From assembly GCF_006345805.1 (NCBI RefSeq), contig NW_021833009.1:1-64000 (forward strand): a DNA stretch of 64,000 nucleotides. Direction: 5' to 3'. Positions 25,145-35,482 of this stretch are shown here, in pieces. Below the pieces are notes generated by a model. The model had not been told where the DNA came from. It was given only the letters and a program-made list of their open reading frames with translations, and searched no databases. Position numbers and translations under genes: made by a program. The stretch's first letter is position 1, and each line of letters opens with the position of its first letter. The DNA comes from Octopus sinensis (lineage: Eukaryota).

Positions 25145-26501
25145 CACCCCTCGACATTAAAATTCGAACACTTAATTTTAAGCAAATTTTTAATCATTTT
25201 CAATAAAATAATTTAGTTGAGCTTCTTTATTTGTATTATTCTAACTATTTTAATATTTAAATATATATTGAAACATAATTTTAAAGAATAAAGCAAAAAA
25301 CGAGAATTTCATGACAAAAAAAACCGAATAAAATTTAATTAGTAGCTTGAATGCCTTCTTTTTCTGTTGTAAACTTCCAAACTACGATTTTTCATTGAGC
25401 TAACAAGTTTTCTGATGAATTCCATTGGGATATTTTCCCAAATTTCCGATATTTTTTGCTTTAGATCAATTTTTGTACTTGTTCTGCTTTCTGACGTATC
25501 ACTTGAAAGAAAGTTTTTAATGTGAGCCCAAATGTGTTCGATTGGGTTCATGTCAGGTGACTGAGGTGGCCAGTCGAGCAAATTAATATTTTGAGACGAC
25601 ATATATTCTTTAGTTGCCTTAGATGTGTGGCAAGGCGCATTATCTTGTTGGAATATATAGTCGCTCAATCCCATTTTATTCGCTGAATCTTCAAGATTAT
25701 TTGCCAGAATATTAATATATTCCCCAGAGTTCATTTTTCCATCAATAAAAACTAATTTCCCCATTCCGAAATACGAAAAACAGCCCCAAACAAGAACTTT
25801 CCCTCCACCAAACTTAAAACTAGGTATTATCTTCGCATATCTCAATTTATTTCCTTTTTTTCTGTATTGATACATTCGTCTTGAATGGGAAAAAAGTTCA
25901 AAACTACATTCGTCGGAGAAAATAACTTTCCTCCATCCGCTGTCGGAAATTGCAAGAAATTTTTTAGATATTCCATATCTGAGAGCAATATTTTTTGAAC
26001 TTAGAAATGGTCGTTTCTTTACAACTCGTCCATACAAACCTTTTGAGTTTAGAATTCTTGTTATTGTGCGTGCTGAGACTTTTTTTGTGTAATTTTTTCC
26101 ATTTCTGAAGACAAGGTAGCTGCGGTTCGAAAATTATCAGTTGATAATGATAAAAGAATCCTAATTTCATCTTGACTGAACTTGGGTGGCCTTCCAGATC
26201 CAGCCTTTCTGCACGTAATCCCGGTTTTTAGATATTTTTTAAAAATTTGTCCTTTTTTGAAATTATTCATTTCTGTCTAATAAAAATTGTATTCTGCGAG
26301 TTGAACAAAATACCGTTCGGAATTATTTGTCACTAGAAAACACGTTTCTGCTTTAATTTTGAAAATTATATGTTCGAATATATATTTAAATATATAAATA
26401 GTTAAAATAATACAAATAAAGAAGCTCAAATAAATTATTTTATTAAAAATGATTAAAAATATGCTAAAAATTAAGTATTAGGATTTTAATGTCGAGGGGT
26501 G
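25145..26501 (-). mobile_element. Tc1-family transposon (DD34E), frameshifted and probably lacking the first HTH
   Basis: TA|CACCCCTCGACATTAAAAT ... ATTTTAATGTCGAGGGGTG|TA with long imperfect TIRs. Transposase: SGRPP...VIFSDECSF...QQDNAPCH...WPPQSPDMNPIEHIW. Confidence 0.95.
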
Positions 26502-26519
26502 TATGTTTATTTGTAGAAT

Positions 26520-27660
26520 GGCATCCAGTCTATTAGGCTAAGAGCAACTGTTCAGACTCTCTTGTCCAAGTTGAGATTTGTGCAGCACTCAAATCAATTG
26601 GAGAAAGTCACAATGACAAAGGAATTGGAAAATGTCCACAGTGGATACAATGTATTGAGAAACAGATTCGTTCTGAATTTTTTGTACAATTGCTTCCATC
26701 CTGTACGTCTTGCTATAAAACTCAGGAACATAAGGTGTGAATCAGAAATACGTTGAAATACTCAACGCTTTTCACAGGAAACAACTCAGATCATTACTAT
26801 CCAATGAAGACCAAGAACCAAGACTTATACTTAGTTTCTAATGCAGAAAACCTAGAGACAATTATTACTACGGCCTGATGGGGACTCGTCGGCCACATTC
26901 TACGGATGGATCCCTCTCTTCCCGCTAATGACATTATAGAAACATATTTTCAATGTTCTGGGAGGCCAGGAACGACACTACCACTGGTTATAAGTAGCGA
27001 CCTAATGCATGGCGGATTGTCACTAGATAATGCAGACGATCTAGACCAGCGGTTCTCAACCGCGGCCCGCCACAATTTTGGTGCGACCCGATTAAAATTA
27101 TAAAAATATATTAAATATTTTTTGTTTTTATATTAAATATTTTGTACATTAATGTTTAAATAATATTGTTTGTGATGTCTGATAAACGTGTTAAACGAAG
27201 TAGAAAAATTATTCATGAAAATCGTGCATTTAACTTCGAACGGGAGGAAAAATTTTTCGTTTTCGAAGAAAATGGTAACGCACATTGCCTAATTTGTCAC
27301 TCTGTCATACGATGTCTTAAGACATATAATGTCGAGAGGCATTATTCAAAACATTCTTCTGAATATAATTCACTTCAAGGTGAATCAAGAAAAATAAAAT
27401 TTCAATCTTTGAAATCAAATCGCAAACTACAAACGAATTTGTTAAAACAGCCTCAAGTCTCGCATTGATTTTTATTACTTAATAAAGCCTTCTTTTCATT
27501 AATAACATAAAATATTTTTTGTGCGGCCCGCAAAGATATTCTTAATTATCGATTTGGCCCATGAGCTAAAAAAGTTGAGAACCCATGATCTAGACAGCCG
27601 TCAAAAATCGCAATCCTAAGAAGAGCCTGGAGATGTCTAACACAAAATTGTTCAAGCGAC
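26520..27660 (+). mobile_element. RTE-clade LINE 3' relic, interrupted by a hAT element
   Basis: LNAFHRKQLRSLL...WGLVGHILRMDPSLPAN...GRPGTTLPLVISSDL; resumes after the hAT insertion (AVKNR). Confidence 0.75.
27047..27587 (+). mobile_element. Internally deleted Charlie/Buster-type hAT element with perfect 8-bp TSD
   Basis: TSD ATCTAGAC at 27039-27046 and 27588-27595. TIRs CAGCGGTTCTCAAC and GTTGAGAACCCATG. ORF 27166-27468 encodes ENRAFN..EEKFF...HCLICH...YNVERHYSKH (N-terminal zinc finger only). Confidence 0.92.
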
Positions 27661-27789
27661 GAGAAAATTATGACATTGCTTTTCAATGGAAGCAGATTAC
27701 CGTCAAATAATATTCGATATTTCTCCACAAATTGTGTAGTTAATCATAAATATAGACAGAAGAAAATAAGTTAGTTATTTTATGTCAAA

Positions 27790-28450
27790 TGGATTTCCAT
27801 GATTATAAACATTTGACAACAAACTCAGAGAACGAACAACTTATGCACGAAGAGTATAATGGATGACAGATTCTTCATGTTCTGTAATTTGCACGTGTTT
27901 TATTTAAGACAATTAATAATTCGATATCAGAGATTGTTCAATCATGTGATTGGATGACTGTTTTCTTGCTTTGTTCGCGTGATTTCTAATATCGGAACCT
28001 CTAAGAATGTTTTTGTGTGCCTAATTAACTGATAGATGTCAATGGAGCACAGGAAACTGGCGATGGACCTCATTGAAATGATCATAAAGTGGATTCGGGA
28101 TGATTCCATTCAGGTCCTCTCTTCCTGTCATTTCTTGTAATCGACTCCGCGAAATATTCCCAAACATAATTAAAACGAAATTCTAAAGTATATGATTCGT
28201 TTTTCCTACCCTTTTGAGAATTCGGGTTTATTTTGGTTATATTTTGCAGATTTGATGTCTGGATTCTCTCAAGGTGTACTTAGAACCAAAGATGGCACCA
28301 ATTTTTCTGAAATATGCGTTTAGTGGAAAGGATTTTAGAAGTTTCTATCCAAAACCAAGTTTACTTAATCGAGAACAATTTCAACTTGAAAGTGTTTTAA
28401 TTAAAATGACAGTCAACTTAATAAAAAGACAACTCAATACAAAAAACCGA
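27790..28450 (+). pseudogene. Isolated TRRAP/Tra1-like gene fragment
   Basis: LCTKSIMDD...IIRYQRLF...ISNIGTSKN|MSMEHRKLAMDLIEMIIKWIRDD resembles TRRAP (TRKIIVEE...QRLG...IEQRRLAVDLSEVVIKWE). Has in-frame stops and a retained tiny intron. Confidence 0.5.
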
Positions 28451-28535
28451 CAAAATTTTTAACGTCCCTATAAGAATAAATATTGTCTTTGATCAATAAA
28501 ATGATTGTTTATAACAAATGAAAGTAAAGAAACAA

Positions 28536-29249
28536 CTAAAGAGTAAGTTTGCAGAGTTTGGCACTGGACGTTCTCTGAAGTGCATCCTCATTGGGCTAAC
28601 CATAACCACAGAATCATACCTCGTAGGATATCTTAATCTCTGGTGGAATGCCAAGCATTTCCTTAAGCTGCAGACTAAACATAAATTAGATAAAAAACCC
28701 GATATTTTTGACAATTTCTACCGACTTTTGGCAGTTTGTCCACAAAGTCAATTTGTTGGCATGACGTCGGACATTTATGGTGATTCCGTTAATGCTGTCC
28801 GTCAGTTCGTCAAACGAGTCCCGAATAAGTTCCATCGTCTTAAATCACACCGTAAAATCACCAGCAATTCCCAGAGCTTGTCACTCTTTGTATTGTCGGT
28901 GTCCTTACTGACGATTATACTCCAGAAGCCCCCCTTTGAGTTGGCGCTGTGTTCCCACATTGGAGGAATCCCCGTCTAATCCAGTCAGAGTGGTAAGATT
29001 GCCTTAAAGAGACAAATATCACTTCCCACTGTCATTTCCGACACCAGTTTTAATTGTTAAATGCCCTAACAGGTCATCAGGTTAGCCAACATCCAATATT
29101 CCTCGACTGATTCAAAAGTGCAGAGGATTTTCATTCGGTCTTTGTAGTCCATGCGGCGATCTGCGTCTATTAACCAGAATGTCCAGCTCGTGTTAAGTGG
29201 GTGGTAGTCTTCAGAATCAGACTAGCATTTAGCGACCACAACACACCAT
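28536..29249 (-). CDS. EIF4E: Translation initiation factor eIF4E-family protein, multi-exon
   Basis: M|SDSEDYHPLNTSWTFW...TFESVEEYW...GIPPMWEHSANSKGGFW...ELIRDSFDE...INGITINVRRHANKLTLWT...LGIPPEIKISYE. One apparent 1-nt indel near 29052. Confidence 0.9.
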
Positions 29250-29491
29250 TCAAAAACAGCAATCAAAATTCAAATTTTTTGAAATAAAATAAGCCAGAAT
29301 ACAACAAAGTTTTAATCATAATTTTAAGCTAAAAAGTGAAAGAACTGCTAAAACGAGAAATAATGAATTATTATTAACACGAAATTGAATAGGTTCTATC
29401 TTCGTCGACTTGGACCTGACCACCCACCATAACCACCTGCAGAGTCACTTCTATATAAAAAAACTTTAAAAAAATATTAAAAACAACTTTT

Positions 29492-30750
29492 CTAATTGTT
29501 AGATCTTTGTTTTCCAAATGAAGGGTCTCGCGGATCTTCAGAATTATCAGAATTACGGTTCCTAGAAGGCCATAAGTTAGCATAAATTGGTTCCCGGCTC
29601 TGGAAATTAAGAAATTGTTGCTGATAATATTCTTGTTGATATCTCCTTTGGGGATGCCCGTGATCTTCTCTTTTATATTGATTTATTGGTTCCTTAAGCT
29701 GATTTTGCTGTTGAGAAAAAGTCTCAGGGGTTACTCTGTCCACCCCAGAACTGACCCTTTCATAAACCAATAACTCTAAAAACAACGTGATTAGTCTACT
29801 TTTTGTTGATGAAAGTAAAACTGGAATTCCAATTTTAGAATTATAACATTTTTCTTCCACAAGAGTCCTTAGTGGCTCAACAAAAGCATCAATTTCGTTA
29901 TTTTTCAAGTCTAATTTTAAACAAAGTAATAACTTTTATACTTGGAGATCAACATGGATCTATAGTGAAGTCCAGTCTTCTAAGAAGCAGTTCTTTTTTA
30001 TGCTGATAGTCCATTTGAAAAAGTTTAGTCAATCTTCTTAATGTCTTTCATTGTTTTTGTTCATGTTGCTCCAAGCTAACATTTCATTCACAAATGGATT
30101 TGATTCGGATATATTCAGGATAATTTTAAACTTGAAATTAAAACAAATTAAAAATCTTTTCAGTAAAAACTAAAAAAACTTTTCGGTGGGGAGTTTTAGG
30201 GGTGAAATCATTAAATTGGTAAACAATATTTAGAATGTTTAAAATCGAGATCATGATTTGTTGATAAATTTTCGACATCATCAACAAAAGCCGAAGTCTG
30301 CTTATTTGAAATCGCCTGATCTTTTGATGGATGCAATTGTCAGAATAAGGACACAATACTGCACTGTCTTCATTCCCTCTGTCAGAGTCGGCTTGATTGT
30401 TTTGTGTTTTGATTATCTTGCACGAGGGAATTATTTTTCTTTCCCCAGAATTATCATTTTACTTTTCGTTGGAAAGCCATTGGAAATTTGTCGAGCTGGT
30501 TATTACCGTTTTGGGAGATCGCGAAGAACACCTAACTCATTCAAATAAATGAAAGAATAAATCGAATGTCTCAAATCTCTTTTGAGTAGTGATTAAGTAA
30601 CAGTCAACAGGATTTCTCTCTCCCCTAAGCAATGCCGAATTTTACAAGCACAGGACTTTTGGACTTAGAATGTGCCGAGAATGTGCCTTTTATTGTATTT
30701 CAAAGGTATATTCATTAATCATTTTTAGTATCTAGAGATTTTTAGCTACG
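29492..30750 (-). CDS. FAM98-like protein (divergent), boundaries approximate
   Basis: MDYQHKKELLLRRLDFT resembles FAM98 EYE.RR..L.KRLDVT; ERVSSG resembles RTSSG; Q-rich C-terminal tail. Confidence 0.4.
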
Positions 30751-31192
30751 ACCATAAAATGGTGGAAAACATGATAAACGAGCAGTATTCAAAGATGAGC
30801 AATGTCTTTACCACCAAGGCCGACAGCTTTGAAGTTTTCACCAACCTTGCCCATCTTTTCTTTTCTTTCATAACAGAGGCGATGATTAAGCACTTTATAG
30901 TTAATTGTAATGTTTACTGCCAAGATAACTCTAGAAAAGGGGTTAGACTATATTGTTAATCAGAGGGGTAGTGTGTTCTACTTTTTCGAAACAGAGGTTC
31001 CTGTTTTTTAACATTCAAAGAATTTTGCTCTGTGTCTTGAACAGTTTAGATTCTCAAAAGAGGTCTGGTCGTGAGTAGTCTTCATTATTTCCAGTTAAAA
31101 TATATTGATTCTACGCTATGATTTCCGGGGTCTTTTCAATCTAGCTAATTTGCTGCTGTGATAAAAATATTCCAATTGTTCTATTAAAATTT

Positions 31193-32129
31193 CTATTCCA
31201 TTAATTTCGCATTTTTTACCAAAATTTTTCGATGATATGATAACCTAAAAAATCTTGCCCGAACCGGATAATTAATGAAAATTAAACAAGAAAATTATTA
31301 TTAAACCAGGAAAGTGAACCCAAATAGTAATTCATTAATTATTATCTAATTACATTACACAGAATATTGGTAGGTTCCGTACAATATATACGGCACATTT
31401 GATTTACAGTATCATCTTTAAAGTGCAAGTATACGTCTTGAGCAAACTTTATTACAGAAAAATTTCTAGAACATTTTCAAAAATAATACTGGCTGACACT
31501 TGTAAAAAAATCATCTGATTCTGGGATCAAACTATAATAAGTCAACACACGCAATACGCTTTATGCTTCGCGATGGTGTGTGCACAAAATGTATTTGATG
31601 TTTGAAATCTAAGAGATTCAAATGTAACTAGAAAAACAACATAACATTAATTGATTCTGGACTATATGAGAATGGAACGAAGTATTTCTCCTTTGGCATA
31701 GTTCTATTTGAGATAAATGTGTCATCATACACGGTTGTCAACGATGCAAGATTTCCCAAAGTGTTCACGTGGATGTAGGTGAGACTACTGCAGTCTTTCA
31801 AATTTCTACCATAATTATAGTCATTTACTCACAAAGTCTCTAGTGGGATAAAGTTACCGTTATTCCCAAAACTGGCATCTCCAAGTTGAAACAATTTGAA
31901 GTTGCACAAGTTCTAGAAACAATAAACAGATTATCTACAAATCTGTGAGACTTTTGTGCATATCAAATTTGGTAAAAGAGTCTTCAAAAGATCTCATGCC
32001 CTTTAGAATCATAGTTGTAAGTGTCGAAGAAAAAGAATTTTCATAATCACAGTTAGTCACCTCCGAGGTCGAGAAATCGCAAATATCTCCCGAAATGACT
32101 GAAAAGACAAAGAAAATATAGGCCAGCAT
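31193..32129 (-). pseudogene. Secreted LRR-like gene, copy A (1-nt frameshift near 31895)
   Basis: Paralog of 36289-37213. Exon 2 lacks one T relative to copy B, shifting the frame. Confidence 0.6.
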
Positions 32130-32619
32130 TTGAAGGAATTACTTATAAGTTTATTGCCATTTCAATGTTAGCCACTCAAAATAAGACAAATAATACAACT
32201 AAACTTTACTAGAATTTTTAGATATAAACTCACGATAATAAATTTATTGAGAAAATTTATGAAGAACCATCGACGAGAATTAAAAACTTGACGAATCTGA
32301 ATTAAACTTAGTCAACCTGTTCAAGACTATAAACAAACATGCAGCCTTCATTTATAACCATCACATTTACTGAATGGCATTAAGACCTGAGAGTTTGAAA
32401 AATTGCTAAAAATATTCGCCGATCTTTAATGGCAATCACTTCTTTATTTTTTTAATTTCAAGAAATAAATTCGGAAGAGACCCGGAGTCACTTAATAAAA
32501 AGAGAAAAAAGTGCCCAATCATTTTTTAGCGAATTTGAAACACAAAGCAAATTTTATCTACACCCTTTTAAAAGAATAGTACTTTTCATTAATTATCACT
32601 TTTAAATAGTCATTTATTT

Positions 32620-33755
32620 GAATGCGTCGATCGTCTCATTTCCAACTCTCCTCTTTTGGTATTCACACAATAAAAATGACTTTATTTAGTCGTTTTGTGA
32701 CGACTTTGTCTTCAACTCCTAGGGGGCAAATCGTCGTTCTAGAGAGTTGACTTACTCTTTGCTGACCAAAATAGCCACGACGCTCTCCAATTTAAGTAGG
32801 AAATGTTGAGTCGGCTACACCACTACATCCCAGATATGATGTGTTTGTCTTTGACATTTATGCACATAATATTTCTCCAAGTCATCGCCTTGTGTAATTA
32901 TTGGTCTTAGTTGGACTGAGTATGTTATTTATATTCCTTATTTCATTCATTTTGAATATTACAGTGGGTGACAGTTCTGTGATGACTCAGAAAGAATTGA
33001 TTAAACGCAATTTGTCGGAAAATAACAAAAATACAAAATATAATCGGTTCATCACAAATAAACTAGACTTGTCCCCTGAACTTATGAAACTGAACAAAAT
33101 CCGAATGAATAGCCTTAAGAAGAAACTGCTCTCCACTAATAATCCGCATATACTTGGATCCTGCAATCTGCATTAATTGATATACCACTCCCACCAGGAT
33201 ATCCTTTAATAACACACACTCAAACACCTTTATAACACTCGGAATATTCCTACAACTCGCCATTTCCACATATTTCCCCACCAACACTGCACTCTCTATC
33301 CCAATCCTACCACGGAAACTCTCCACAAGTGACACCACTCGCACAAATTTCTCGGCAGGTCCAACCAAAAGGTCACTTTCACTACAATTCGACGACCTTT
33401 CAACAAGACACTCCAGCAAATCTATAAGTTAGCCAAATTTATACTAACTGTTCATTATGAGGAATATTGACCCTTTAAACTTATCGAATTGAGCATGTTG
33501 TTTTACTATAATAGCACTCAGCAGACTGCAGTGTCCATTAAATAGACAAAACTGGTCACTCCTTTCCCCAATAAGCATTAATAACAATTCTACCAAAGAA
33601 GGAGACAACAACCGAGTCTAAATATATTAAATAATCAACAATTCACATATTTTAGCCCCAATAAGTAAGACAGGAAATCCAAATGTATTAACCACAGAGA
33701 AACAAGTTTGACGACCCTCTCAATTATCTAAGGAATATAAAAAGGTGTTTTACTG
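32620..33755 (-). pseudogene. 5'-truncated duplicate of the 3' end of the large helical-repeat gene
   Basis: Near-identical to about 37700-38843 (ORFs 33063-33419 and 38151-38507 differ at 2 of 118 aa) but lacks the upstream exons. Confidence 0.7.
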
Positions 33756-33965
33756 ACGTTATTTATAAACATATTCGTGGTCAACGAAACAAGTTAAAGC
33801 AGGATCGGTACGTAGTTGATGGCTACAACTGCTGTCACATACCCTGGAAACAGGGGTCAACATGTGGCACTGGAACTAGCCTCTTCTACAAGCCGTACCT
33901 TGCTCTCCGAAGCTCAGGTTATGTTCTTGTAGCCTATGTGAATATTGTTAATCAGAGGGGTAGTG
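33703..33965 (+). repeat. ~263-bp direct repeat, left copy (host sequence, LINE APE fragment, host junction)
   Basis: Repeated at 35218-35482 with about 5-6 differences. The middle encodes FVVNETKLKQDRYVVDGY...GTGTSLF, an APE-like motif. Confidence 0.9.
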
Positions 33966-35217
33966 GCTATGGGAAGCCTCATGATGGCTATGGGAAGCCT
34001 CATGATGTCCCCGGGGGATACAGGCCCATTTCCTTGCTTCCCGCTATATCTAAAATCCTAGAAAGGATCATGCACCGAAGGCTCCTGGAGGAGCTGACGG
34101 TGGTTGACGCCCTCCCGGAGTTCCAATGGGGATTCAGGCAGGGTCGTTCATGTGGAGACTGCTTGTGGAAGGTGTCTTCCGAATGAAGAACGCCCTCCAG
34201 AAAAGGGAGTGTGGTATGTTAGTTAGTCTTGACATAGAAAAGGCCTTCGACTCGGTGTGGCACGACGGCCTGCGAAGTTCCCTCGCCACGTGTGGGGTTT
34301 CTCCGTGTCTAAGGCGCTGGCTGTCGGGGTTCCTCGAATCTCGCGGTCAGGTCGTGCGACACCAGGGGGTCTTTTCTAAAGTCGCAACAGTCCTTCGCGG
34401 GGTCCCTCAGGGTTCTGTGCTGAGTCCCACACTGTTTAATATCTTTATGGCCTCTGCACCTATGCAGTCAATGCTCGTACTGGAATGGTGATCTATGCAG
34501 ACGACATTATCCTCTGGGATCAGTCGATGAAACCAGAGTGTGCGTGTCGTAGGCTACAGGTTGCTGTGGATGAACTTGTAAACTGGTGTGGGAGTAGGGG
34601 TCTAAAGATGTGTGCGGACAAGTGCAGTGTCCTTAAAGTCTGTAAAAGGACGAGGGGTTACACTAATTTTATCCCTAGGTTATCGCTGGACGGGTCAGCG
34701 ATCGCTGTAGTTGATCGGACAACTTACTTGGGCGTGGTCTTCAAGCAGTCAGGTAAGTTCGATGATCACATTGCACGTACTAAAATGCGTGCAATGCAGC
34801 GATTAGGCGCGTTGCGTGCTTTCCACTTGAGGAGAGGTGCCTGGTCCGTGTGTTCAACGCCATGGTGTTACCCGTGTTAACCTATGGCGTGCACGCTTGG
34901 CACTTCTGCGAGGACAGGGAGAAGTACGTTGACGCGCTTAAGAAAGTAAGAAGACGAGCCATCCGGCTAGCCTATGGCTTAGGATGGCGTGATGAGCTCT
35001 CCAACGCCCAGGAATTGTCCCTCAAAGGCCTCTCTGAGGTCCTAGAGAAGATAATGACTGGGTGGCAGGTAAGACGGTAAGTCCTAACCTGTGGTTGTGT
35101 AGAGAGGCGAGCGTGTGTGCTGGACCGAAAAGGCAAGAATGCCGAAGGTCTCCTTATGTTACCTCACTAACAGCCTCTCTAACTAATTATTTAAAATAAA
35201 AAATTTTCCAAATTTTC
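33966..35217 (+). mobile_element. 5'-truncated Jockey/I-group LINE (RT domain to 3' end), frameshifted
   Basis: YRPISLLPAISKILER...QWGFRQGRSC...LDIEKAFDSVWHDGL...GVPQGSVLSPTLFNIF...YADD...TYLGV. GC-rich. A 21-bp tandem duplication (GGCTATGGGAAGCCTCATGAT x2) sits at the 5' junction. Confidence 0.95.
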
Positions 35218-35482
35218 CAAGTTTGACGACCCTCTCAATTATCTAAGGAATATAAAAAGGTGTTTTACTGACGTTATTATAAAACATATTCGTGGTCAAC
35301 GAAACAAAGTTAAAGCAGGATCGGTACGTAGTTGATGGCTACAACTGCTGTCACATACCCTGGAAACAGGGGTCAACATGTGGCACTGGAACTAGCCTCT
35401 TCTACAAGCCGTACCTTGCTCTCCGGAGCTCAGGTTTATGTTCTTGTAGCCGATGTGAATATTGTTAATCAGAGGGGTAGTG
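35218..35482 (+). repeat. ~265-bp direct repeat, right copy
   Basis: Matches 33703-33965. Confidence 0.9.

Larger units (their letters stand above)
30950..33755. repeat. Tandem segmental duplication, copy A
   Basis: Collinear with 35459-38843, except that about 590 bp present in copy B (about 35560-36140) are missing here. Confidence 0.95.

Noticed and set aside
28518-28979. 153-aa plus-strand ORF as a gene or TRRAP continuation
   Set aside because: It is the antisense shadow of the eIF4E exons.
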